Shown: piece by piece, positions 45,395 to 55,459 of the stretch
Layout: each line of letters opens with the position of its first letter
How positions within the stretch are numbered: position 1 is the first letter of the stretch
Assembly: GCA_036745755.1 (NCBI GenBank)
Contig: DAIOFM010000007.1
Coordinates: 5,696 to 69,695, forward strand
Direction of reading: 5' to 3'
Origin: Spirochaetota bacterium
Lineage (GTDB): Bacteria > Spirochaetota > UBA4802 > UBA5550
DNA length: 64,000 nt
The notes under the pieces: model-generated
Databases searched by the model: none
Told to the model about the DNA's origin: nothing
The model's input: the letters and a program-made list of their open reading frames with translations, nothing else
Made by a program: the position numbers and the translations under genes

Positions 45395-46545
45395 AACTGG
45401 CCGACCGCGAATACCTCCAGAATATTGAAGACCGGAACCTCGCCCCCTACGCTGCGCGTTCATCTGAAACCAGGGGAAGGGAACACCCGGAACCGGGTCA
45501 TGTATACAGGACTGAATACCAGAGGGACAGGGAAAGGATTATCCACTGCAGGGCTTTCAGAAGACTCGAATATAAAACCCAGGTATTCATAAACCATGAA
45601 GGGGACCACTACCGCACAAGGCTTACGCATACAATGGAAGTTGCCCAGATTTCTCGCGCGATATCAAGGGCTCTCCTCTTAAACGAGGATCTTGCCGAGA
45701 GCATCGCACTTGCTCACGACCTGGGGCATACCCCCTTCGGTCATGTAGGTGAAAGGGAACTCAACAGGCTCCTGAAAGACTACGGCGGGTTTGAACATAA
45801 CAGGCAGAGCCTCCGCGTGGTAGAGGTGCTTGAGAAGAGATACCGCGACTTTGAAGGTCTGAACCTTACATGGGAGACAAGGGAGGGCATCATTAAACAT
45901 TCAGGCCCCTATGACAGGCCGGAAAAAGACGGATTCAAGCCTGAAGAGCAGCCGTCTCTTGAAGCGCAGATTATAGACCTTGCTGATGAAATAGCCTACA
46001 ACAATCATGATCTTGATGACGGCATCACATCAGGCCTCCTCAATTTTAACGAAGTAAGCAGGCTGGCCATATGGGAACATGCTGCTGAAATTTACGGACG
46101 TCCGCTGCCAGATTCAAGGAAAAGCAGCGCAAGAGAGATAATAAGGACAATCATCAATATACTGGTAACTGACCTGATAAATACAACAATCAGTAAACTG
46201 GAACAACTGTCGATTGGATCATATAATGACGTTAAAAGCTGCGGGTCAAGGCTTGCCTCCTTTTCCCCGGAAATTACCGGGATCAACAACGAATTGAAAA
46301 CATTCCTGAGGGAAAAGCTCTACCATCACTACAAGGTAACAAGAATGTCCCTCAAATCCCAGAGAGTTATCAGTGAACTTTTTCATATATACACGGAACA
46401 TCCCGACACACTACCGGACAGACACCGGGAGGAAGTTGAAAAAAACGGAGTTATCCGTACAGTGACAGACTTTATAGCAGGAATGACAGACCGGTTTGCA
46501 ATTGAAGAACACAGCAAGCTGACCGATCCCTTTTTGAGGGTTTAG
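45391..46545 (+). CDS. dGTPase-like HD-domain triphosphohydrolase
   Basis: Contains YQRDRERIIHCRAFRRLEYKTQVF, RLTHTMEVAQISR and AHDLGHTPFGH. There is a 4-nt overlap with the upstream TPR gene. Confidence 0.8.
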   Translation: MKLADREYLQNIEDRNLAPYAARSSETRGREHPEPGHVYRTEYQRDRERIIHCRAFRRLEYKTQVFINHEGDHYRTRLTHTMEVAQISRAISRALLLNEDLAESIALAHDLGHTPFGHVGERELNRLLKDYGGFEHNRQSLRVVEVLEKRYRDFEGLNLTWETREGIIKHSGPYDRPEKDGFKPEEQPSLEAQIIDLADEIAYNNHDLDDGITSGLLNFNEVSRLAIWEHAAEIYGRPLPDSRKSSAREIIRTIINILVTDLINTTISKLEQLSIGSYNDVKSCGSRLASFSPEITGINNELKTFLREKLYHHYKVTRMSLKSQRVISELFHIYTEHPDTLPDRHREEVEKNGVIRTVTDFIAGMTDRFAIEEHSKLTDPFLRV

Positions 46546-46568
46546 GCTTTTACTCACAAGGAGAAAAA

Positions 46569-47093
46569 ATGGATAATACTTACCCTGAGATACCGGATTA
46601 CATAAAAGAAATGATACTATCCGGTGAAATTGATGACATATTTCTCGATAAGGAGGGGAGATGGTTCCATAACGGGGAGCCCTTCCTGAACGAAAAAATA
46701 ACAGCATTCTTCAGCAAATCCGTGGACATAACAACTGACGGACAGTACGTGATACATTATTCTGATTTTACCTACCCTATAAGAGTTGAAGATACACCGA
46801 TATTTGTCACAGGCGTGCGTTTTGATGGATTCGGATCTTTTGAACGCATATTTATCAATACTTCTGACGGAGAGACAGAGGAACTTGATATTTACACCAT
46901 ATACTACGGGAACAACAACGCCCTGTACTGCAGGGTCAGGCACGGAAGGATGCCTGCCAGGTTTATGCGCTCACCGTCATTTTATATTCTTGAAAGACTT
47001 GAGGAAAAGTCTGACGGCTGCTATTCTCTGAGGCTGTGCGGACAGATAATAGATCTTAAGACCGAGGAAAAAAAAAGTGAGAAAGTACTTTAA
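46569..47093 (+). CDS. DUF1285-like protein
   Basis: DKEGRWFHNGEPF...DGQYVIHY...YPIRVEDTPIFV matches my memory of the DUF1285 pattern (dGxWfHxG...dGxY...VeDaPF). Confidence 0.5.
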   Translation: MDNTYPEIPDYIKEMILSGEIDDIFLDKEGRWFHNGEPFLNEKITAFFSKSVDITTDGQYVIHYSDFTYPIRVEDTPIFVTGVRFDGFGSFERIFINTSDGETEELDIYTIYYGNNNALYCRVRHGRMPARFMRSPSFYILERLEEKSDGCYSLRLCGQIIDLKTEEKKSEKVL

Positions 47094-48306
47094 CATCATA
47101 CTGCTTCTTTCCTTTGCCGGAGCGATAATTTCAGGGATACTGCTTTACCAGCATTTTTATCCGGATCTTGACCTGGGTTTTATCTCATGCGGAAGCGGTT
47201 TCAACAATCCGTGTATAGCAGTTGGACAGTCCCCTTATGCTTCAATACTGGGAATACCCCTTGCGGCCTTCGGGATTTTCTATTTTACACTGATCACTTT
47301 TCTCATACTGATAGCTGACTATGCTGAAGATTATTACTATCACATTTTCATGGGAATTACATTCCCCATAGTTGCAGCTGCAAATATTGCGGACATCGTA
47401 CTTGGCATACTCATGATTAAGATCGGGGAGATGTGCACTCTCTGTGTATCCACCTATATTCTGAACATACTCATACTTCTTTTTCTTTTTCTCTACCTTA
47501 AAAAAATATCAGACATAGGGAAACTCTTTGAAATAATAAAAGGCTTTATCAGGCCTGAAACTCCTGACCGTAAAGCAGTACTTTCACTCTTTATTGTATT
47601 CGTATTTTTCCTTGCTTTTTCAATATTTTCAGGTTCAAATATTCTCAAGGTAAAGACTTCAGGAGACAAACCTCCGCAGAAACAGATTGATAAACTTGTT
47701 AAAGGGTTCTACAGCCAGAAACCTGAGGCACTGAGTTTCCCTGAAAGCGGCATGAAAATAGGCAATCCGGAGGCAAAGTTAAAAATTTATGCCTTCACCG
47801 ATTTTTTATGTTCCGCATGTTATAAATTCTACCTGCTGGAAAAATATATTCTTGCAAAGTATAAAAACAGGATAGAGATCATCTACTACCACTATCCTCT
47901 TGATTCATCATGCAACAGCTATATGTTTGACACCGTCTATCCCGGGTCATGCCTGGCCTCAGGTTCAATGTATGCCGCTTACCGAGCGGGTATTTTCAGT
48001 GAATATTTCTACATACATTTCACACAGCATTCAAAGCATAAGGACGGATTTAATTCAAAAAATATAAATGAAGCGCTTGAGCAGGCCTTAATCGAATCAG
48101 GCAAAAAGGATAATAATGCCAGGGATATTTTCAATGAATCCCTGAAAAGCGATAAGGCGGGAGAACAGATTAAGAGCGACATTGAATTCGCGGAAAAAAT
48201 TAAAATTGAAGCAACACCGACAGTATATATCGCGGGTAGAAAAATTGTCGGAGTGCCGCCGAAAGAATTCATCGACGCCATAATAACGACCGAGTTAAGC
48301 AAATAA
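47077..48306 (+). CDS. VKOR-family quinone reductase fused to a DsbA/thioredoxin-like domain
   Basis: Loop cysteines CGSGFNNPC, then SPYASILGIPLAAFG and membrane CxxC (MCTLCV), indicate VKOR. The C-terminal domain has FLCSACYKF (CxxC) and ATPTVYIAG, indicating a DsbA-like fold. GTG start overlaps the upstream gene by 17 nt. Confidence 0.7.
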   Translation: MRKYFNIILLLSFAGAIISGILLYQHFYPDLDLGFISCGSGFNNPCIAVGQSPYASILGIPLAAFGIFYFTLITFLILIADYAEDYYYHIFMGITFPIVAAANIADIVLGILMIKIGEMCTLCVSTYILNILILLFLFLYLKKISDIGKLFEIIKGFIRPETPDRKAVLSLFIVFVFFLAFSIFSGSNILKVKTSGDKPPQKQIDKLVKGFYSQKPEALSFPESGMKIGNPEAKLKIYAFTDFLCSACYKFYLLEKYILAKYKNRIEIIYYHYPLDSSCNSYMFDTVYPGSCLASGSMYAAYRAGIFSEYFYIHFTQHSKHKDGFNSKNINEALEQALIESGKKDNNARDIFNESLKSDKAGEQIKSDIEFAEKIKIEATPTVYIAGRKIVGVPPKEFIDAIITTELSK

Positions 48307-48309
48307 TAA

Positions 48310-50280
48310 TCAGAGCATATCTACAGGATCAATATCGATCTCCGCATAAACTGATTTTGACCTGTAATTTGCCATGATCTCATTTAAAAGTTTCTGCAGT
48401 TCAGACAGCCTGCGCCCTTTAAGAATTATATGATACCTGTAGTTGCCTCCGATTTTAACAAAGGGGGCCTGGGCAGGGCCCAGTTTCATGACTTCCGGTT
48501 TTTCAGAAAATAGTAATCTTTCAATCTCTTCACCGACCCGATCTGCAGTTTTTGAGACTTCTTCTTCATTTCTGCCACGGAATACTATACGCGCCAGCCT
48601 TGAGAAGGGAGGATAATCAAGCATTCTCCGTATATCAAGCTCAGACCTGTAAAACCCTGTATAATCCTGCTTTTTCAGATAATCGTAAATCGGATTGTTC
48701 TCATTTAAAGTCTGTATAATGACTTTCCCATTCTCCTCCCCTCTCCCGGACCTCCCGGCGAGCTGTAAAAGAAGAGAGAATACCCTCTCGGTTGATCGGA
48801 AATCGGGCATATTCAGGCCTATATCCGCCATTATTATCCCCGCCACTGTTACCCCGTGAAAATCGAATCCCTTTGAAACCATCTGTGTGCCCAGCAGTAT
48901 ATCTATCTCACGCTTTTCCATTTTTTCAATCAGTTCAGCCGCAGTATCTTTTTTTCTTGCCGTATCCTGGTCAAGCCTGAATATCCTGTAACCGGGGAAC
49001 TCACCCTGTATAATATCCTCGATCTTCTGTGTACCTGAACCGAGCTTGACTATAGCGCCCGACCCGCATTTTCCGCACGTTTCCGGCACATCAGACATAT
49101 ACCCGCAGTAATGGCAGAGAAGGCCCCTGTTCCTGTGATAATTCATCCCTATGCTGCAGTGAGGACACTCAACAGCAGTGCCGCATTCCTCACATAACAC
49201 GAAAGGGGCGAAACCGCGTCTGTTAAGGAGATAGACAGCCTGGTTCCCCTTTTTAACAGCACGATTTGTAAAGAGCTTCAGTCTGGGGGAAATTTCGTCC
49301 CCTCTTCCTTTTACCTTCACCACCTCAATTTCAGGCACAGAAGCCCCTCCGTACCTTTCTTCAAGTTTATGGAGTTTTATTTTACCGCTTTCAGCGGAAT
49401 GCATTGTTTCTATTGACGGAGTGGCAGAGCCCAGAACAAGAGTTGCTTTTTCCTTTACCGATCTGTAGTATGCTACACGTTTCGCATTATACCTCGGGGA
49501 GCTCTGCTCTTTATAGGACGAGTCCTGCTCTTCATCAATAATCATGAGCCCGAGATCAGGCGCCTGAAGAAAGACCGAAGAACGGGTGCCGACAGCAATC
49601 TTTGCTTCACCGCTTTGAAATTTCATCCAGCTTTCAAAACGTCTGTTCGGGGTAAGGCCGCTGTGATAAAGTACAAGCTCATCTCCGAACACTCTCTGCA
49701 ACCTGTCAAAAATCTGTGATGAAAGTGTAATTTCCGGGACCAGGTAAATAACAGATCTCCCTTGAGCTATTGTGTCAAGAGCGGCTTTTATATAAATCTC
49801 GGTCTTACCGCTCCCTGTTATTCCGAATATAAGGTGAGCGCTGACTCCGGAAGAGTTGATGTCTGAAAAGACCTTTTCCTGTTCCGCGGTAAGGGAAATT
49901 GGACCGGGCATCGGGACTTTCAGAGGCCTCCCGGATGACCTTACTTTTCTGCTCACCCCTGAAGGAAGGGCCTTGCTTAGAGTTTCCCCTATTGAAGATA
50001 TATATGAATCTGAAATATAAGAAGCAAGCTCGATCAGTCTGTGGTCGAAGACAGGGTCTTCATCAATTATACTGACGATATCCTTGACTTCGAAACCTTC
50101 AGGCTCCCTGTCATGGGTAGAGATGACATATCCTGTCATTACCCTTCCGTTAAAATTCACGGTTACCCTGACACCAGGCTTAATACACATGCCCCGCGGT
50201 ATGCCGTAAGTAAACGTTCTGTTTACGGGTGTATTTACGGCGATCTCCGCATACAGGCCCGAGTTTATGCCATCAGCCAT
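48310..50280 (-). CDS. priA: Primosomal protein N' (replication restart helicase PriA)
   Basis: Walker A GITGSGKTE, DEEQD, and the Zn-finger insert CEECGTAVECPHCSIGMNYH..LLCHYCGY....CGKCGS. Confidence 0.9.
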   Translation of the reverse strand: MADGINSGLYAEIAVNTPVNRTFTYGIPRGMCIKPGVRVTVNFNGRVMTGYVISTHDREPEGFEVKDIVSIIDEDPVFDHRLIELASYISDSYISSIGETLSKALPSGVSRKVRSSGRPLKVPMPGPISLTAEQEKVFSDINSSGVSAHLIFGITGSGKTEIYIKAALDTIAQGRSVIYLVPEITLSSQIFDRLQRVFGDELVLYHSGLTPNRRFESWMKFQSGEAKIAVGTRSSVFLQAPDLGLMIIDEEQDSSYKEQSSPRYNAKRVAYYRSVKEKATLVLGSATPSIETMHSAESGKIKLHKLEERYGGASVPEIEVVKVKGRGDEISPRLKLFTNRAVKKGNQAVYLLNRRGFAPFVLCEECGTAVECPHCSIGMNYHRNRGLLCHYCGYMSDVPETCGKCGSGAIVKLGSGTQKIEDIIQGEFPGYRIFRLDQDTARKKDTAAELIEKMEKREIDILLGTQMVSKGFDFHGVTVAGIIMADIGLNMPDFRSTERVFSLLLQLAGRSGRGEENGKVIIQTLNENNPIYDYLKKQDYTGFYRSELDIRRMLDYPPFSRLARIVFRGRNEEEVSKTADRVGEEIERLLFSEKPEVMKLGPAQAPFVKIGGNYRYHIILKGRRLSELQKLLNEIMANYRSKSVYAEIDIDPVDML

Positions 50281-50935
50281 TATGGATTTCCTGAAATTTC
50301 TTTTTAACTATTTTCAGGGTCTCCCATGCGGGACGCTTAAGGCCTGGATTTTTTATCAGAGATATTGTATGTTCCGTATTATACCATGATATACCCCTGA
50401 CAGATTTCACAATACTCTGAATCGGGATTATTTCACCCATCACTATAACAATATCAGGATTCAGCATATCTATCTCAGCTTTAAGAACATCAAGACAATT
50501 CCTGAGCATATCACTCGGTTTTACGAAGGGATCACTGCTTTCGCATTTTATAAGATTGGTAACATAACATTCATGAAGTTCAATCCCTATTGCATTCATC
50601 ATTTTTCTAAGCAGATCAGCAGATTCAGCCCTGTGAATACGAAGTTCAACTCTGTTAGCCATGCGGGGTGCGTTCAGTACCACCATAACACCATTGATGC
50701 CTGTTCCGTAACCGACCTTTCTCTCAACGATCTCGCCACATCTGCTGCACTGTTTTATAAGCATTTCCGGTGTAGTTACGGATCCGGCCTCATTAAGCGA
50801 GGGAGCAGGATTTTTATTTTTCAGCCAGCTTTTAAGAAACTCCAACTCATCAACGTTTCTGAAGAGAAAAGAATCACTTCCGTACTCCTTCAGCAGGAAG
50901 GCCAGGGCTTTTTTTATGTTATAATCTTTCTGCAT
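50273..50935 (-). CDS. Uracil-DNA glycosylase superfamily protein, family-4-like with a divergent catalytic motif
   Basis: CSRC...YVTNLIKC...NCL cysteines and ADLLRKMMNAIGI fit family-4 (Fe-S) UDGs, and there is a C-terminal HT..L motif. However, motif A reads VLNAPR instead of GE(G/A)PG. Confidence 0.5.
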   Translation of the reverse strand: MQKDYNIKKALAFLLKEYGSDSFLFRNVDELEFLKSWLKNKNPAPSLNEAGSVTTPEMLIKQCSRCGEIVERKVGYGTGINGVMVVLNAPRMANRVELRIHRAESADLLRKMMNAIGIELHECYVTNLIKCESSDPFVKPSDMLRNCLDVLKAEIDMLNPDIVIVMGEIIPIQSIVKSVRGISWYNTEHTISLIKNPGLKRPAWETLKIVKKKFQEIHNG

Positions 50936-52280
50936 TTATATTAAACTGCCGGATTTTTCTGTGCAGATTAGTTCTTTCAATATCAAGCTGTCTTGCAGTT
51001 TCCGATACATTACCGCTGTTGAATTTAAGGGCATTAATTATATACTCCTTTTCAAAGGCATCCCTTGCGTCTTTAAGTGAAAGCCCGTTAAAGGACAATG
51101 TCACAGGGATATCCCGCACTTCCGGCATCAGGTATTTCTGAAGATCGCTCTCTTTTATCTCTTCAGAGCTTACCATTATAACAACCCGTTCAATTATATT
51201 CTTCAATTCACGAACGTTCCCCGGCCAGGGATAACGTTTCAGAAAATTCATCGCTTCGCCACTGAGGTTCTTTTCGCCTGTGCCGTGTTCACTGGAAAAT
51301 CTGTCCATAAAATAATTAATAAGGACATCCAGATCCTCCTTCCTCTCTGTAAGGCGGGGTACATGAACGGGAATCACATTTAGTCGGTAATAAAGATCCT
51401 CCCTGAATCTGCCCTGCTCTATAGCCTCCCTGATGTCAATATTCGTTGCAGCAATAACCCTGACATCAACTGTAATAGTCTGATTACCGCCCACTCTTTC
51501 AAACTGCTGTTCCTGCAGTACTCGCAGAACTTTCGCCTGAGCGGATAGGCTCATATCACAGACTTCATCAAGAAAGAGGGTCCCTCCATCTGCCAGTTCG
51601 AATTTTCCAATTCTTTTTCCAACCGCTCCGGTAAAGGAACCTTTTTCATGACCGAATAACTCACTTTCAATAAGATCATCCGGGATAGCTGCGCAGTTCA
51701 TTTTTATAAAAGGTTTTTCCGACCTGTTTGACAGCTGGTAAATAGCCTTCGCAACCAGTTCCTTACCGGTTCCGCTCTCCCCGGTTATAAGCACCCGGGC
51801 GTTTGTTTTTGCGGATCTCTTTATAATATCACGTATTTCATTTATCTGAGCGGATTCCCCGATCATTTCGTCATCAATAAATGACATCTTCTTTAGTTTC
51901 AGGTTTTCCTTTTTCAGACGTACATGTTCCAGCGCGTTGTTTACTGAGGTAACAAGCCTGTCAAGAGAGGGGGGTTTTTCAAGAAAATCAAAAGCGCCGA
52001 CCCTTGTCGACTTTACTGCGATATCGATTGAACCATGTCCGCTTATCATTATCACGGCTGTTTCAGGATAAAGCTTTTTTATCCTTTCAAGAAGCTCAAT
52101 ACCATCCATATCAGGAAGCCATACATCAAGTATCACGAGGTCAACTTCATTCTTTTTCAGAAATTCCGTCCCCTCTTCCCCGGTAATGCCTGAAAAAACT
52201 ACATGTCCCTCATCCTGAAGAATCGGTCCCATGGTATTTATTATATTCTCTTCATCATCAACCAGCAGTATTCGCGCCAT
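50919..52280 (-). CDS. Sigma-54-dependent response regulator (NtrC-family enhancer-binding protein)
   Basis: REC domain (ILLVDDE, DVWLPDMDG), AAA+ module (GESGTGKELVAKAIY, GSFTGA, FLDEV, RVIAATN) and a C-terminal HTH. Confidence 0.9.
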   Translation of the reverse strand: MARILLVDDEENIINTMGPILQDEGHVVFSGITGEEGTEFLKKNEVDLVILDVWLPDMDGIELLERIKKLYPETAVIMISGHGSIDIAVKSTRVGAFDFLEKPPSLDRLVTSVNNALEHVRLKKENLKLKKMSFIDDEMIGESAQINEIRDIIKRSAKTNARVLITGESGTGKELVAKAIYQLSNRSEKPFIKMNCAAIPDDLIESELFGHEKGSFTGAVGKRIGKFELADGGTLFLDEVCDMSLSAQAKVLRVLQEQQFERVGGNQTITVDVRVIAATNIDIREAIEQGRFREDLYYRLNVIPVHVPRLTERKEDLDVLINYFMDRFSSEHGTGEKNLSGEAMNFLKRYPWPGNVRELKNIIERVVIMVSSEEIKESDLQKYLMPEVRDIPVTLSFNGLSLKDARDAFEKEYIINALKFNSGNVSETARQLDIERTNLHRKIRQFNINAERL

Positions 52281-54051
52281 TAAAATCTCCTTTATTTACA
52301 GGAAGCTTTATAATAAATTCAGCCCCTTTCCCCTCTTCCGATTTACAGTAAATTTTACCATCATGTTCCAGTACAATTTTCTCAACTATAGCGAGGCCAA
52401 GACCTGTCCCGTTTTTCCCTATAGTAAAACCGGGATCAAAGACCCTCTCGAGATGTTCAGCCCTGATACCGGGACCGTTATCAGTAATCCTGACTGTAAT
52501 ATTATATCCTTCATCATCAATCCGGCAGACGACCTTTATTACCCCCTCCTCGTTCATAGCATGGATTGCATTACTTATAAGGTTATTAAGAGCCTGCCTT
52601 ATTAAAGCCCTGTCTATATTAATCTCAGGAATATTATCATCAAAATGAATCTCAAACCGGACTTTATCGTATACCTGGAAAAGGGCGATTGTATCGGAAA
52701 TAATATTCTTCATATTGGAAGGCTCGGCCTTTTTCCCCGGAAGGCGGGCAAAATTGTTAAAATCACCCACGAGTTTTAACAGGGCATTTACCTCACTTAT
52801 TATTGTTTCACTTCCTTTCAATACTGCATCATCCTTCATAGGATTACCGTCAATAACAAGTTTTCTCATCCTCTCTGCTGAAAGCCTTATAGGTGTTAAC
52901 GGATTTTTTATCTCATGCACGAGTTTCCTTGCCATTTCATTCCATGCTTCAAGCTTCTGTTTCTGAAACATGAATTTCTGATTTTCCTCCAGCTGACGGG
53001 CCATCATGTTAAATGTTTCGACCAGTGCCCCAAGCTCGTCATCACTCCTCTTCCTGACCGCAAGACTGTTATTGCCCATTGCTATCTGTCTTGCCGCTTT
53101 CGAAAGGTCCATAACAGGGCGCGTAATGTTCCCCGAAATATAAAGACTGATCATATACGCTACACCTATTATTATAATTGAAAGCAGCATAAGAAATGAA
53201 CCTCCCCCGCTCTCAAAATATTCACTCAGGGCTTTTATCTCGCTGTAATCGCTCCTGGCCTGCATAAAAAGCGTATCATCCGATTTTGTTTCAAGTGGTA
53301 CGGGTTTGCATAAAAGAACAAGCATATTCCTGAACCAGAAAGCCCCGCTAATCACATCAATATCATCTATAACTATCCTGTCGACCCTTACTCCATTAAC
53401 CGGAATTTTAGCATAAAAACTGATCACTTTACCTGTATTTATCTTAAAACCTTCAACATGGCTTTCCCTGACTCTATGCTCCTCCAGTTCCGGCATATAA
53501 AAAACGAGTTTATTCCCCCTTTTTTCACTGGCACGAATCATTCTCTCAATCCATACATCAGTGGGATAAACAGTTCCATTCATGAAAAAATGACGAAGTG
53601 AGTCCAGCTCCGCTTTTATATTATTGCCCATATTTATATACATGTTATGGGCAATATTTACGGATTTATCCAGAGCCCTCATGGTAGTATCGCTGTACAT
53701 TTTTGAAAGGTTTTTGTTGAAATAATTGCTTGAAACTATCACTACAGGCATCGCGGAAAGAACTGCTATAAATACAAAAGAGAGAGTCATCTTTTTCTTT
53801 ATACTCTCCCTTATATCCTTGGATTCAATATTAAGCGTACGTCTGAATGATATTACTATAAAATATATCCCTGCTATTACCGGGATAGTCATTATAGTTG
53901 TTATAAAAAAATTCTCGTCCACCAGTCCGGCTTCAAGCCGCCCCGGGTAAAAAGCTATAATAAGTACTGTCGTAAGCAGAATTATCCCAAGCAGGAAAAG
54001 TATATCCTGCAGAGAAGCACTTCTGTTTTTAATCATTCTACCTGCAGGCAA
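52258..54051 (-). CDS. Sensor histidine kinase, NtrY-like (TM-HAMP-PAS-HisKA-HATPase)
   Basis: Hydrophobic N-terminal helices, a HAMP-like segment, H-box HEIKNPLTPIRLSAE, and NLISNAIHAM, DNGPGI, GTGLGLAIV. The start may be ATG 54036 rather than TTG 54051. The 3' end overlaps the EBP gene by 23 nt. Confidence 0.85.
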   Translation of the reverse strand: MPAGRMIKNRSASLQDILFLLGIILLTTVLIIAFYPGRLEAGLVDENFFITTIMTIPVIAGIYFIVISFRRTLNIESKDIRESIKKKMTLSFVFIAVLSAMPVVIVSSNYFNKNLSKMYSDTTMRALDKSVNIAHNMYINMGNNIKAELDSLRHFFMNGTVYPTDVWIERMIRASEKRGNKLVFYMPELEEHRVRESHVEGFKINTGKVISFYAKIPVNGVRVDRIVIDDIDVISGAFWFRNMLVLLCKPVPLETKSDDTLFMQARSDYSEIKALSEYFESGGGSFLMLLSIIIIGVAYMISLYISGNITRPVMDLSKAARQIAMGNNSLAVRKRSDDELGALVETFNMMARQLEENQKFMFQKQKLEAWNEMARKLVHEIKNPLTPIRLSAERMRKLVIDGNPMKDDAVLKGSETIISEVNALLKLVGDFNNFARLPGKKAEPSNMKNIISDTIALFQVYDKVRFEIHFDDNIPEINIDRALIRQALNNLISNAIHAMNEEGVIKVVCRIDDEGYNITVRITDNGPGIRAEHLERVFDPGFTIGKNGTGLGLAIVEKIVLEHDGKIYCKSEEGKGAEFIIKLPVNKGDFNGANTAG

Positions 54052-54074
54052 AATCAGCCCCCGGCATTCTAATT

Positions 54075-54338
54075 TTAAGCCCTGAAGTCTTTTTCAATCA
54101 ACTCTACGAGAAAATCCACCAGTTCGGACTCCCCTTCTCCATTTGCCCTGATTGTCAGTTTGGTTCCCGAAATTATCGCAAGCCCCAGAACAGACATTAT
54201 TGATTTGGCATCAGCCTCTATGCTATCCTTAATCAGCATAACCTCACATGGATATTTCATGGCCTCCCTTACTATCATCATTGCAGGTCGCGCATGTATC
54301 CCCGCATCGCTGTTAACAATAACATCCTTCTCTATCAT
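54075..54338 (-). CDS. ptsH: Phosphocarrier protein HPr
   Basis: 87 aa, with GIHARPA (His15 site) and KSIMSVLGL (Ser46 site). Confidence 0.85.
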   Translation of the reverse strand: MIEKDVIVNSDAGIHARPAMMIVREAMKYPCEVMLIKDSIEADAKSIMSVLGLAIISGTKLTIRANGEGESELVDFLVELIEKDFRA

Positions 54339-55282
54339 TATTTTTGTCCCTCAGTTAAAATCCATTTTTTTATTTTTTCATCAAGTTCCCTGGCTGAATT
54401 AATTCCTATTTTTTTAAGTCTCTGGTTTAATGCAGCTGTTTCAATTATTACCGGTATATTTCTTCCCGGCCTTACAGGAACCGTAATATATGGAACCTCA
54501 ATTTCCATTATATTATATTTATTCTCATCAAGGCCAAGACGGTCATACTCTTTTTCAGGCTCCCATTCCTCGAGGAGAATTACCATTTCAATTCTCTTTC
54601 TGTTTCGAACTGATCTAATACCGAAAATTTCCCTTACATTAACTATCCCGATTCCCCTTATCTCTATATGATGCTTAAGGATTTCCGAACCGGTCCCCAT
54701 GAGAAGAGATTCATCTATCTTCTTCACAATTACCATGTCATCTGCCACAAGCCGGTGTCCTCTCTCAATCAGCTCAAGCGCTGTTTCACTTTTACCGACT
54801 CCACTTTTTCCTGTAAGAAGAACACCCACTCCGAAAACATCAACAAGTGTGGCATGTAGGGTAATCTGTTCGGCAAATATCTCATCTATGACATGGACAA
54901 ACAGAGTTATAAAACGTGTAGTTGCCCTCTTTGAGAGAAAAATCGGAACATTTTTCTTTTCCGCCAGTTCAAGAAACATTTTATCAGGAACATATTCATG
55001 GGTAAAAATACAGCATAAAAGATCAAAGCTGAAGAAATCGTTATAGGTTTTAATCTTCTGGTCATAAGAGAGCTGATTCATAAAAGCTGTTTCACCCTGA
55101 CCGAATATCTGTATTCTGTCATATGCGAAGTGATCGAAAAATCCTGCAAGGGCCAGCCCCGGCCTGTTTATCTCGCCGTACTTAATCTCTTTATCAAGCC
55201 CGCCTTCCCCGGCAATGAGCCGCAGCTGAAGATCTATTCTCCCCTCACCATCAATAAAATGTCTTACCGTTAGTTTTCTCAT
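54338..55282 (-). CDS. hprK: HPr kinase/phosphorylase
   Basis: P-loop GKSGVGKSETALELIERGHRLVADD and the HIEIRGIGIVNV signature. Stop TAA and the ptsH ATG share one base (TAATG). Confidence 0.9.
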   Translation of the reverse strand: MRKLTVRHFIDGEGRIDLQLRLIAGEGGLDKEIKYGEINRPGLALAGFFDHFAYDRIQIFGQGETAFMNQLSYDQKIKTYNDFFSFDLLCCIFTHEYVPDKMFLELAEKKNVPIFLSKRATTRFITLFVHVIDEIFAEQITLHATLVDVFGVGVLLTGKSGVGKSETALELIERGHRLVADDMVIVKKIDESLLMGTGSEILKHHIEIRGIGIVNVREIFGIRSVRNRKRIEMVILLEEWEPEKEYDRLGLDENKYNIMEIEVPYITVPVRPGRNIPVIIETAALNQRLKKIGINSARELDEKIKKWILTEGQK

Positions 55283-55409
55283 CAGTTGATTACAGTTCCA
55301 GTTTTTTAAAAAACTATTTTATAGAGTCCAAAACACTAATAAAATATGAATTTTAGGAAATTATTATTAAGAGGTTATTTCTTTCCACTAAAAAATATTG
55401 AACTTTTTA

Positions 55410-55451
55410 AAAAAACAGAGATAGGAAACGCCGGGGAGTAATTTCCCCGGC
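55410..55451 (-). terminator. Terminator-like hairpin after hpf
   Basis: A perfect 8-bp GC-rich stem, GCCGGGGA (55430-55437) pairing with TCCCCGGC (55444-55451), lies 9 nt after the hpf stop. On the minus strand it is followed by GTTTCC...TGTTTTTTT. Confidence 0.5.
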
Positions 55452-55459
55452 TGTTATAA

